A DNA stretch of 62,545 nucleotides, filler included. It is 5 parts of 5 records of this genome, joined end to end, with 100 filler letters (N's around TTAATTAATTAA, not from the genome) between each part and the next. Parts side by side here need not be neighbours in the genome. Positions count along the whole stretch, not along the records: positions 1 to 7,454 come from SRR31156797_8495; positions 7,555 to 28,593 come from SRR31156797_8515; 3 more parts are not named here. The stretch is one strand, 5' to 3'. This document shows, piece by piece, positions 1 to 12,148 of this stretch. Made by a program: the position numbers and the translations under genes. A model generated the notes under the pieces. It made no database searches. It was not told where the DNA came from and saw only the letters and a list, made by a program, of their open reading frames with translations. Positions within the stretch are counted from its first letter, which is position 1; every line of letters starts with the position of its first letter.

Positions 1-46
1 TCTAAAAAATATTCTATATATTTTTTAATTATTTACTTATTATTTA

Positions 47-79
47 ATTTTACTTTCGAAATGTATCATAGGTGTATCA
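47..79 (-). promoter_or_regulatory. Direct-repeat box promoter copy 1, pointing off the contig's left end
   Basis: Minus strand reads TGATACA-ccta-TGATACA-tttcgaaag-TAAAAT; same geometry as six other copies. Confidence 0.8.
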
Positions 80-378
80 GACGAAGAATCAATTTCTATA
101 AAAATCCTAAAAGACACAAAATAGATAAAAAAATCACTTAGATAATTTTTAATAAGTATACTTACAAAAATTATCTAAAAAAGTTAATAAAAATTGAAAA
201 AATAAAACTGTATATACAGGTAGAGCTCGAAAAAAATCAAAAAAGAGTTTTAAATTCCAAGTTTGTGTGATAAAATTTAAAAAGTATGAAAAGTATGTTT
301 TTGTTGGAAAAAATTTCAATTATAAAAAGTCTTGATTTTAAAGGCTAAAAAAGCAGAGATGATAACTTGTATCAAAAA

Positions 379-411
379 TGATACATTAATGATACACTTC
401 TGCGATATAAT
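379..411 (+). promoter_or_regulatory. Direct-repeat box promoter copy 2, upstream of the OmpR-type regulator
   Basis: TGATACA-ttaa-TGATACA-cttctgcga-TATAAT; extra inverted half-site TGTATCA at 368-374. Confidence 0.85.
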
Positions 412-451
412 ATAAAGAGTAGAAAAAGTATGAGTGGTTAAAAAAAACAAA

Positions 452-477
452 TATAGTCATTTATATAAATGACTATA
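452..477. repeat. Perfect 26-bp palindrome in the leader of the regulator gene
   Basis: TATAGTCATTTATATAAATGACTATA equals its own reverse complement. Confidence 0.8.
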
Positions 478-551
478 AAAAAGAGAATATGATTTTAGAC
501 GGGTAATGGGATTTAGATTAAAGTTGTTAATTTTTAAAATAGAGGTAATTA

Positions 552-2417
552 ATGAAGTTATTGCTTAATAGTAAAAATATAGACTTAAGAAGAAAATTAG
601 TAGAGAAATTAACCGAGAAATCAATAATTTTTGAATCTTACATAGAAAATGATACATTAAAAATTGCATTTGAGGAAAATTTAGATTTAATCATTGTTGA
701 AGGAATAGAGTTTAATGAAGCGAAACAATTAAGTAAAACAATACTTTCAGACTCATATAACTATTCAAATCCTTATATGATTTATATAGGGGATGGATCT
801 GTAAATGCAGTTGACGTTTATGATGCCGGCTATACGGATTTCATAAAAAAACCTATTACAGTAGATGAAATAGTTAAAAAAATTGAGATTTTTGCAAAGT
901 ATAAAAATATGTTTAAAAATTTATTATCATATCAGGAGATAAAAATCTACCTAAATGAGCAGGTAGTTTTTTATAATAGTGAGAAGATAAAACTCACAAA
1001 ACAGGAGTTTGAAGTTTTAGCGTTTTTTCTAAAAAAACAGGGAATACTTCTGACAAAACAGCGACTTTATGTTGGGATCTGGGGAGAATACAGCCCTAGC
1101 AGCAGAAAATTGGATTTATATATATCCAGATTAAAACAAAAATTTCCTGTGCTAAAAGATAATTTGATAAGCAAAAGAAATTTTGGCTATAAATTAAATA
1201 AATCTCAATATATTGAGCAGGAAAAATCTGAAGAAAATGGAAGTAATGCTTCAACAGCTGTTATTGGGATATTTGAATTGAATAAAAATATACTTGATGA
1301 ATCAACATTAAGAAAATATGAAGATGATCTAAGAAAACTAGATGAGATATTTAGAGAGTTTAACTTAGAAGTAATTAAATTTTATGGAAATAGAATTAAA
1401 TTTATCACTAAAAACAGTAATTTTTGCCTAAACGAACTTCGGTTTAAATTAAATGAAAATAAGCTTGAAACTAAACTAGTACTGGGTTATGGAAAAATCA
1501 CAAAAATAAACACGAGTTTAAGCAGTGAAATCATAAGCAGTACTTTAGAGAAAAATAAAAGTTTAATAAAACTTTGTCAAATGAATGAAATTTTATGTAC
1601 CAGTGAATTTTTAATAAAAAGAGATAATACAGATGAATTTCATAGTATAGGTTATTATGAATTAAGTCAGTTTGGAGTTCAGGAAGTATTTCAGTATAAA
1701 GATCAAAATATTAAGGAAAATGTTATCAGGCAATTAGAAACCTTTAAAACATATGTTGGAGAGATGTTTCTTGTAGAGGAGAATAAGCATTATTTTAAGT
1801 ATTCCAGTAGATTTAAAACGAAATTTTTATCAGATTTTGCTAAAAACAGTGAGATAAAACTATTTAGTATAGCGGTTACAGATAGCAGAGGAAGTAAAGA
1901 AACAGATCAAATTGAGAGAAAAAAGTTTGGCATAATTAGGAGTAATAAAGAGTTAGGACACAGTACTGAAGTTAGAAATTATGATTCTAAAAGAGTTGAT
2001 TTCATCTTTACACCATCTACTGAAATTAATGTAAAGGATTACGTTATAAGTGAAGTTTCCTTTACCACAAATGTTTGTGATTTTATGTTTAATAAACGAA
2101 CAAAAATGGAATCGATTTCAGTTTTTGGAGAGAAATATTATTTTGTAGATGGAACATACAATTTACATTCAGGAAAAAATATTTATGTAAAATTAGTATT
2201 TCCAATTGAATTTTATGACAAGATTAATTTTACTCCGGTTGTCATGAATAGAAAATCTGGAAATGTTAGAATTTTTGAGAAAGAAACATTGGAAATTATA
2301 GAGAAGAACAGCTGTAAAGTTAATCTAAAAGATAAAACTTTTGAAGTGGCAATGACTTTAAGAGATACGAAAAAAGAGAGAGCTTATGGAATAGCTTGGA
2401 ACCCCTATATTTATTAG
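552..2417 (+). CDS. Atypical OmpR/PhoB-family regulator: pseudo-receiver, winged helix, degenerate class III nucleotide-cyclase-like domain, unknown C-terminal domain
   Basis: REC-like DLIIVE...GYTDFIKKP; wHTH motifs LTKQEFEVLAFF, IWG, LDLYISRLKQK, KRNFGYKL; cyclase-like VIKFYGN, KLVLGYG, EILCTSEF; RBS AGAGGT. Confidence 0.75.
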   Translation: MKLLLNSKNIDLRRKLVEKLTEKSIIFESYIENDTLKIAFEENLDLIIVEGIEFNEAKQLSKTILSDSYNYSNPYMIYIGDGSVNAVDVYDAGYTDFIKKPITVDEIVKKIEIFAKYKNMFKNLLSYQEIKIYLNEQVVFYNSEKIKLTKQEFEVLAFFLKKQGILLTKQRLYVGIWGEYSPSSRKLDLYISRLKQKFPVLKDNLISKRNFGYKLNKSQYIEQEKSEENGSNASTAVIGIFELNKNILDESTLRKYEDDLRKLDEIFREFNLEVIKFYGNRIKFITKNSNFCLNELRFKLNENKLETKLVLGYGKITKINTSLSSEIISSTLEKNKSLIKLCQMNEILCTSEFLIKRDNTDEFHSIGYYELSQFGVQEVFQYKDQNIKENVIRQLETFKTYVGEMFLVEENKHYFKYSSRFKTKFLSDFAKNSEIKLFSIAVTDSRGSKETDQIERKKFGIIRSNKELGHSTEVRNYDSKRVDFIFTPSTEINVKDYVISEVSFTTNVCDFMFNKRTKMESISVFGEKYYFVDGTYNLHSGKNIYVKLVFPIEFYDKINFTPVVMNRKSGNVRIFEKETLEIIEKNSCKVNLKDKTFEVAMTLRDTKKERAYGIAWNPYIY

Positions 2418-2464
2418 AACTTCATTTTGAAATATCATATAAGTATTTATCACCTTTTAATTAA

Positions 2465-2639
2465 GGAAAGAGTATTACTAAGATTAATGAAGCAGTCTCA
2501 ATAGTGGTCAATAGCTCTACTGCAATAGAGGAGAAAACTACAAACATTCATGAAACAGTTGAGAAAACTTGCTGATATAAGTGAACAATCGCAAATGGTT
2601 CTTCAGTTAGAATCAGATATTAATTTCTTTAAAATATAA
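2465..2639 (+). pseudogene. Frameshifted C-terminal remnant of a methyl-accepting chemotaxis protein
   Basis: GKSITKINEAVSIVVNSSTAIEEKTTNIHETVEK, frameshift, then LADISEQSQMVLQLESDINFFKI*; FKI* end resembles MCP C-termini; no start codon. Confidence 0.5.
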
Positions 2640-2646
2640 AAAAATT

Positions 2647-2690
2647 AAACTCCCTCTTTGAAAATTTATCTTCAAAGTGGGAGTTTTTTT
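2647..2690. terminator. Probable bidirectional intrinsic terminator
   Basis: AAACTCCCTCTTTGAA...TTCAAAGTGGGAGTTT with T-tract, between convergent genes. Confidence 0.75.
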
Positions 2691-2709
2691 TAAAAGCTGA
2701 AAGCTTTTT

Positions 2710-4809
2710 CTATAATTTAAATTTACTTACATGAGCATTTAACTCTTCAGCTTTATCAGATAATCCAGCAGATGTTTTTGAAACAGCAGAACTATTATCA
2801 GCTACTGTCATACTAAGTTGATAAACACCTTCAGAGGTAGCAACTACCTCCTCTGTACTCGCTGCTTGTTCCTGAGTTATTGCCGCTACGTTTTGCGTCA
2901 TTTCACTTATTTGTGTTATATTATTCATCATTTGCTCAATAAGATTATTTGTATCCATAACTGCGGAAAAAATTCCGTTAAATGCCTTTGAGGCATGATC
3001 AACGATATTCATACTTTTATCAATAGCACTTTTATTCTCATTTGATTCTTTTACAGTGACATTAATAACTTCCTCGATATCCTGAACGACTTTTGCGATA
3101 TTATTTGCCTCATTAGTTGATTCTTCGGCAAGCTTTCGAATCTCATCAGCAACGACAGCAAAACCTCTTCCGGCTTCACCGGCTCTTGCAGCTTCGATAG
3201 CAGCGTTTAAGGCTAATAGATTAGTCTGATCAGCGATACTATTAATTACCTCAACAATATTCTTGATTTTACCTGCATAATTACCAACATTTCCTATTGA
3301 CTCAGCGAGCTTAATAACCGAAGATTCCATATCAGTCATAGTTTGACTGAGCTCTTTCATTCTTTCTTTACCAATATCACTAGCGTTAACTGTTTCGCCA
3401 CCTTTTTCTTTTGCTTTCTCGGCATTAAAACTTGATTCACTGACCTCAGAAGCAAGGCTATTCATGTTTTTTGCAACTTCACTGATTGAAGTTGTCATAT
3501 CAGTCATTGTTACTACTACATTTTTTAAGGAATCAGCTTGCTCATTTGATAAAGAAACCATCTCTTTAGCACTTTCAAGTGATGAACCTGAATCTTCATT
3601 AAGTTCTCGTGCACTTGCATTAAGAACTCTAACTAAATCAATGAAATTTTTATGCATAACACTTAGAGAATTATACATTTGACCAATTTCATCATTTTGT
3701 TTTTTTAATTTTTTGTCAGCTTCTGTTTCAATAATCTCTAGATTATAGTTTGCTAATTGATCTATTCTGTTAGATAGAATGCCAACTTGTTTTACAATTC
3801 TATTAATAATAATTAAAATAATAGTTACCGTTACAATAATTGCGCAAGAGATTCCAATTAACAGTGTCATTATACTAAATGAAATATCTGAATTTATTTC
3901 TTCCATTGCATTATCAGCATCACTTAATCCATCATCAAATAGAAGTGATGCAATTCCAAGGAGATCTTCTGAATCGCTTTCTATTTGTAATTTGATTGCA
4001 TCTATTTCATCATTTGCTTCAATTAAAGCATTAATATCCCCCTCATAACTTACTAAATCTTCAGCTATTGCTTCCAGATTTGCAAGGTCATCATCTTCAG
4101 TTGTAATAAGTTTTGCTTCTCCAAGTAATTTTAGTGCTTGTTGAAACTCCAGAAGTTTTTCATCAAGAAGTGAATAATCATCATTAACTTGAGATTCAAG
4201 TGCTGTACTCACTACATCACTTACGATATCACTTACTTCATCTACTGTAGTCATTCTTACATATTGGGTTTCAATATCAGAACCATCAGCATCTTTTTTG
4301 ATTAATTCAAAAAGCTCACTTTCCTGCTCTTCGGTAAATGAATCTAATACTTCAAATAACTCAGTTGCTCTTTGATCTGATTCCAGTCTATTAAGTTCAA
4401 TCTTATCAAAAGTCGTTTTTGATTGTGCCATTAAAGTTTCAAATGCTGCAACCTCCTCTTCGATCTCATCAATGAAATCATTAAGTTCAATAAGAGTAGG
4501 TTGCTCCTTAACAAGTACTTTGATTTGCTCAATCTCATTCTTCAAATTTAATAAATTTTCCTGTGCATCTGTTAAAAAAATCTCATCACCTGTAAAATTA
4601 TAACCTCTCATATCAAACATAAGATCAAAGGTATTTGACTCGATATCAGCTGCAGTTTGAATTACAGATAAGTAGGCCTCCTCCATAACATCTGCAGATG
4701 AATTTACTTGTTCTAAATAGATATAGGTAGTTACAGTTGCACCTGTTAGAATAAGTGCACTTAATAAAATTGCAATTAATACCCTGGTTCTAAGCTTTAA
4801 ATTATTCAT
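2710..4809 (-). CDS. Methyl-accepting chemotaxis protein with large acidic helical sensor domain
   Basis: Two TM segments, HAMP-like region, signalling motif [48 protein letters not shown]. Confidence 0.95.
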   Translation of the reverse strand: MNNLKLRTRVLIAILLSALILTGATVTTYIYLEQVNSSADVMEEAYLSVIQTAADIESNTFDLMFDMRGYNFTGDEIFLTDAQENLLNLKNEIEQIKVLVKEQPTLIELNDFIDEIEEEVAAFETLMAQSKTTFDKIELNRLESDQRATELFEVLDSFTEEQESELFELIKKDADGSDIETQYVRMTTVDEVSDIVSDVVSTALESQVNDDYSLLDEKLLEFQQALKLLGEAKLITTEDDDLANLEAIAEDLVSYEGDINALIEANDEIDAIKLQIESDSEDLLGIASLLFDDGLSDADNAMEEINSDISFSIMTLLIGISCAIIVTVTIILIIINRIVKQVGILSNRIDQLANYNLEIIETEADKKLKKQNDEIGQMYNSLSVMHKNFIDLVRVLNASARELNEDSGSSLESAKEMVSLSNEQADSLKNVVVTMTDMTTSISEVAKNMNSLASEVSESSFNAEKAKEKGGETVNASDIGKERMKELSQTMTDMESSVIKLAESIGNVGNYAGKIKNIVEVINSIADQTNLLALNAAIEAARAGEAGRGFAVVADEIRKLAEESTNEANNIAKVVQDIEEVINVTVKESNENKSAIDKSMNIVDHASKAFNGIFSAVMDTNNLIEQMMNNITQISEMTQNVAAITQEQAASTEEVVATSEGVYQLSMTVADNSSAVSKTSAGLSDKAEELNAHVSKFKL

Positions 4810-5010
4810 ACATAATTCCTCCCCTTGTATATTTTATGTGTGGTAAAAAGATATTTTTTAGTTAAATATTCTAAAATTACAATATAAAACCTTAGAGTAA
4901 TAAAGTGTTCAAATTTATTTATTATCCTTTTAGCTTTTTCAGGCATTTATTTAGTTTACTTATTGATGAATAATTATGATGGCTTTAATATCTCACATAA
5001 CTCTATTCAT

Positions 5011-5043
5011 ATATTACTTTTAGTTTGTATCAATTGTGTATCA
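5011..5043 (-). promoter_or_regulatory. Direct-repeat box promoter copy 3, upstream of the MCP
   Basis: Minus strand TGATACA-caat-TGATACA-aactaaaag-TAATAT. Confidence 0.8.
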
Positions 5044-5157
5044 TGATCAAAATTTTATTATTTGATATTTTGATTTGGAGTAGAAAGCTCCGAGTTTTTA
5101 ATTATATAGAAGACATAATAAGTTAAAAAATTATAGAATTTATCAATAGTACCATTT

Positions 5158-5190
5158 TGATACCTTGATGATACAAGAGAAGACTATAAT
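5158..5190 (+). promoter_or_regulatory. Direct-repeat box promoter copy 4, upstream of the 179-aa ORF
   Basis: TGATACC-ttga-TGATACA-agagaagac-TATAAT; degenerate in-phase third unit TAGTACC at 5147 and downstream half-site at 5194-5200. Confidence 0.85.
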
Positions 5191-5237
5191 TAGTGATACA
5201 GGGAATTAATAAAACTGGAGAAGGTATTGAAGTGTAA

Positions 5238-5777
5238 ATGAACCAAAATTGGTCTGAACTTTTTTACTCAGGTATTATTGAAGATAACTCTACTAATATA
5301 GAGCAATTATCAATTACTAATAATGAGATTTCAAAACAAGTTGCTTCGATATTATCAGAGAATTTAATTGAGCTTGAGGAATTAGGAGAGTTAGAAAGGA
5401 AGGAAAAGTTGAAAAACAATTTTAATCTTGAAGAGTTATATATAACGAATATATTATTAGATTTGAGGGACAGACTTGAAGATAAAACTCAAATTATAAG
5501 AATTCATAATAAAAATAACAGCTTTCCATGTAAACTAAATAAAAAATGCAAAGAAACATTGGAGTTTAATATGGAGCTGCTATTAGTGATGAAAAAACTT
5601 TTATCTTTGGATCAATTTAAAGGAAATGAGATTGAAATTAGTACTAATGAATTTGTAGAAAATGCAAATTTATTAATTAAAATGGGTAAAGTTATATTGA
5701 ATGATACAGAAAATTTATTAGAAGAATTACAACTATCTGAAATCTCAAAATCGTTAAAATGTGATTTAGTTTTATAA
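5238..5777 (+). CDS. Hypothetical alpha-helical protein
   Basis: 179-aa ORF in AT-rich DNA, downstream of promoter copy 4; no family recognised. Confidence 0.65.
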   Translation: MNQNWSELFYSGIIEDNSTNIEQLSITNNEISKQVASILSENLIELEELGELERKEKLKNNFNLEELYITNILLDLRDRLEDKTQIIRIHNKNNSFPCKLNKKCKETLEFNMELLLVMKKLLSLDQFKGNEIEISTNEFVENANLLIKMGKVILNDTENLLEELQLSEISKSLKCDLVL

Positions 5778-5789
5778 AAAAATTTAGTA

Positions 5790-5822
5790 TGAAACTTATA
5801 TGATACAAAGTAATGATAATAT
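5790..5822 (+). promoter_or_regulatory. Direct-repeat box promoter copy 5, upstream of the single-domain receiver
   Basis: TGAAACT-tata-TGATACA-aagtaatga-TAATAT, with TGn extended -10. Confidence 0.65.
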
Positions 5823-6014
5823 ATTAATAAATTAGAAGAGATTCTGGAGAATAATATTAATATAACACAAAATCAAAATGTATTAAATGCCAGTAAAACA
5901 AATACAACAGATTATTACTTGAACCAATCAGCATTAACTATTAGAAATCAATATCTATATGAATATTTGAATGGAAGTAAAACTCTGTAAACTTAACAAG
6001 CTGGAAATTAGGAA

Positions 6015-6428
6015 GTGAAAAAAATGAAGAAAAAAATACTAATTATAGATGATAAATCTATGAATATAAAAGTTTTAAAAAGCATGCTTAAAATTAACTA
6101 TAATATGTTTGCTATTGCTGATAGTACAAAATCTATTGAAGCTATTAAAAAAATCAGACCGGATATGGTTTTATTAGATGTAAATATGTCAAAATTAAAT
6201 GGTCTTGAAGTGGCTAAACTCATTAAGAGTAATAAGGAATGTAAAGAAACACCTATTATATTCATATCTGCTGTAACAGATAAAAGAATAGTTGAAAAAG
6301 CTTTTAAATTAGGGGCAGTTGATTATATTTTTAAACCATTTTCAATTTCAAAAGTTATAGAAGCGATTGCCAGTAACATTGAGGCACAAGGCGAACTTGA
6401 TCTCTCATCGCCATTTCCAGATTTATAA
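6015..6428 (+). CDS. Single-domain CheY-like response regulator (start may be ATG 6024)
   Basis: ILIIDD, PDMVLLDVNM, PIIFIS, GAVDYIFKP; phosphorylation-site residues intact. Confidence 0.9.
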   Translation: MKKMKKKILIIDDKSMNIKVLKSMLKINYNMFAIADSTKSIEAIKKIRPDMVLLDVNMSKLNGLEVAKLIKSNKECKETPIIFISAVTDKRIVEKAFKLGAVDYIFKPFSISKVIEAIASNIEAQGELDLSSPFPDL

Positions 6429-6451
6429 AATTTATCAAATATTTACATGGA

Positions 6452-6484
6452 TGATACCTGAATGATACATTGTTGTGATAAACT
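6452..6484 (+). promoter_or_regulatory. Direct-repeat box promoter copy 6, upstream of a structured non-coding region
   Basis: TGATACC-tgaa-TGATACA-ttgttgtga-TAAACT, with TGn extended -10. Confidence 0.8.
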
Positions 6485-6511
6485 AAAACTATAATGAACG
6501 AATAAATCTAT

Positions 6512-6752
6512 AGCACTATACTTCACAAAATAAGTATTGGACACCAATGATTTTGTTTGAAAGTGCTGATATTTATAACGTTAATTATAGTTAGATTTAG
6601 ACAACCATTATAAATTGAAAAAAAGGAAAAAGGTATTTAATGAAGGGTAGTCAAATAGTAATATCCTGATCCCGAGTTAAAAAATGTTTTAACTCAAAAT
6701 ATTATACAAACCTAAAACTCCTATACCCTCATTAAAAACCTCCTTTTTTTCA
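6512..6752 (+). ncRNA. Candidate structured RNA or leader with two long hairpins
   Basis: Hairpin 6512-6567 (AGCACT..CAAAAT..ATTGG/CCAAT..ATTTTG..AGTGCT); rod 6616-6752 with outer arms 6616-6650 and 6721-6752 and apical GAGTTAAAA/TTTTAACTC. Confidence 0.4.
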
Positions 6753-6797
6753 GCAATAAATATATTATAAGAATTTTAATTAGTAAAGGAGTCTGTT

Positions 6798-7253
6798 TTG
6801 AGTAGTGTAAAGTTTAATATAGTTTTTTTTCTTTTAAGTTCTCTCTTGTTACTAGCATTAAAAGATAGTGTTGAGATTTCTCAAAGTAATAAAAAAATAT
6901 TAGTAACAACATATGAAATGATGATTTTTGAGAAAGCTGAATCTATAATGAATGAGTTATCTCGGATGAAGAGATATGAATCGAGCAAATCAATTTCCAG
7001 AAGAAAAAAAGAAGTTTTTAATAATTCTCTATTTATAATTAAAAATATAGATAGTCATGTAAAACTAAAAACGGAACTTTTTAATTTAAGACAAACAAGG
7101 GATGAGCTGAAACTGCAACTAACAAAATTAAAAAGTAGAAGAGGTATTTTTCTTATATTATTTATACTTGTGAGTATAATAATTATAAGTTTAAATCTAA
7201 TTAAAATCAAAACAGAAGAACTTGAAGAGATAAAGGTATATATTAATAATTGA
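6798..7253 (+). CDS. Hypothetical membrane protein, two TM segments flanking a coiled coil
   Basis: TTG start with RBS AAGGAG; hydrophobic N- and C-terminal segments; followed by terminator. Confidence 0.65.
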   Translation: MSSVKFNIVFFLLSSLLLLALKDSVEISQSNKKILVTTYEMMIFEKAESIMNELSRMKRYESSKSISRRKKEVFNNSLFIIKNIDSHVKLKTELFNLRQTRDELKLQLTKLKSRRGIFLILFILVSIIIISLNLIKIKTEELEEIKVYINN

Positions 7254-7281
7254 TGATTATAAAAAAATAAATAATAAGATT

Positions 7282-7315
7282 AAACTCGAGAATAAATAAT
7301 TTCTTGAGTTTTTTT
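7282..7315 (+). terminator. Intrinsic terminator
   Basis: AAACTCGAGAA...TTCTTGAGTTT followed by T-run. Confidence 0.7.
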
Positions 7316-7333
7316 AGTATATTAGGATGTTTC

Positions 7334-7366
7334 AGATACGCTCATGATACATACGCTGGGTAAAAT
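7334..7366 (+). promoter_or_regulatory. Direct-repeat box promoter copy 7, pointing off the contig's right end
   Basis: AGATACG-ctca-TGATACA-tacgctggg-TAAAAT. Confidence 0.7.
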
Positions 7367-7454
7367 ATATTATAGAGATAATTTTATTAAAAAATGCTCT
7401 TAAATACTAAAATTCTTGTATTAAAATGATGTGCGTAAATTTTGTCAAAATATA

Positions 7455-7554
7455 NNNNNNNNNNNNNNNNNNNNNNNNNNNNNNNNNNNNNNNNNNNNTT
7501 AATTAATTAANNNNNNNNNNNNNNNNNNNNNNNNNNNNNNNNNNNNNNNNNNNN
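7455..7554. other. Artificial contig spacer
   Basis: N44-TTAATTAATTAA-N44 (stops in all six frames); base composition changes across it. Confidence 0.98.
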
Positions 7555-7777
7555 TGATCTGCTGGCCGGGTGTCAGGCTTTCCAGAACATCCTGTCCGAC
7601 GGCGCGTCCGCGAATGTCTTCTATCAATTTTTTTACGACTTTATAGTTGACATCCGCCTCCAGGAGCGCTAAACGCACTTCTTTCAAGGCATCCTGGATA
7701 TTGGCTTCAGTGAGCCTTCCCCGTCCTTTCAGTTTTTTGAAAACGCGGTTCAGTTTTTCTGATAAGCTGTCAAACAT
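7555..7777 (-). CDS. ffh: Signal recognition particle protein Ffh, N-terminal part (truncated by contig end)
   Basis: MFDSLSEKL...LKGRGRLTEANI..ALKEVRLALLEADVNYKVVK..SLTPGQQ. Confidence 0.95.
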
Positions 7778-8022
7778 GTCATTAAAACACTCTCGGATTT
7801 TGTAAACAATCAGGATTACTTTATAACGGTATGGATGTCAACAAAAAACGAAATAAACTCGAAATGAAGGTCGAATCATTTTGAGGTTGCCAATGAAATC
7901 CATACCCTCTAATATTGGGCGTGAAGAAATGCCTTTGATATCATCTTTGCAACCACCATACATGGATCCGTCGGAAATGTCATATGATTTCGATACGGAT
8001 CTTTTCCGGGTAAGTAAAATAT

Positions 8023-8795
8023 ATGAATGAAAAGAAGTTCAGCCATGGGATTATCCGCCCCATGAAAGGGAAAAAAGACCCACATCTGGCGCCGGATGTC
8101 CTTATGGTGATGATCCCATCGGAACTCCGGTTTCTGGCACGGAAAGCGGATGCGGCAAAGACGGCGTTCAGCGACATGCGCCTTTACGATTTGTACCGAA
8201 CACAAGATGAAAATAGAGCGTCCGTCACACTTGCAGGCCCTTTCATCGGCGCCCCCCATGCGGTTATGGGGTTGGAGAAACTGGTTGCCCTGGGCGCGAA
8301 AAGGGTCTTGATGCTGGGCTGGTGCGGTTCATTGCAACCGTCCCTTAAAATCGGAGACCTGGTGATCCCCACCCATGCCATTGCCGAGGAAGGCACGTCA
8401 CCCCATTATCCCACATCTTTGAAGAATCCCCCATCGGATGCAGCCCTTAACCGGATTCTGGAAACCATCCTTAAAGAAAAAAAGACCCCCTTTACAAAAG
8501 GACCCATTTGGACTACGGATGCCATATATCGGGAAACGCCGGAAAAGGTAAAGGCCTACCGGCAGCAAAATATCCTGGCCGTGGAAATGGAGATCTCGGC
8601 ACTGTTGGCCGTATCTTCATTCCGCTCCGTTCAACTGGCGGCCCTGCTGGTGGTTTCCGATGAACTATTTGAACTGAAATGGAATCCAGGATTTTCCAAC
8701 AGCCGGCTGAAAGAAAGAAGCCGAGCCGCTGCCGAACTGCTGCTGGAGGCCCATAAACGTCTGGCCCGGCCCGAAAAATTGTCCGGAGAAATGAA

Positions 8796-8799
<4 letters not shown>
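8023..8799 (+). CDS. Nucleoside phosphorylase (PNP/UDP family)
   Basis: IGAP, LGWCGSL, EEGTS, WTTDAIYRET, VEME, VSD motifs. Confidence 0.9.
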
Positions 8800-12138
<3,339 letters not shown>

Positions 12139-12148
12139 GAGAAGAGCA

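Noticed and set aside
208-219. CTGTATATACAG as a LexA SOS box
   Set aside because: Only 12 bp; the proteobacterial box needs CTGT-N8-ACAG
650-656. Lone TGATACA heptamers inside CDSs (650 and 5703)
   Set aside because: No partner at 11 bp and no -10 at the 9-nt spacing; expected by chance
5238-5290. Hemerythrin-like N-terminus (WSELFYSGI)
   Set aside because: The His iron ligands are absent; similarity too short to call
47-7366. TGATACA repeats as a CRISPR array, iterons or recombination sites
   Set aside because: Units are 7 bp, dispersed, oriented with genes and at a fixed distance from -10 boxes; no cas, rep or recombinase gene is present
7455-7554. TTAATTAATTAA flanked by Ns, repeated four times in the window
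   Set aside because: Artificial concatenation linker; ORFs running into it (7499, 28641) are truncated, and no cross-contig operons are inferred
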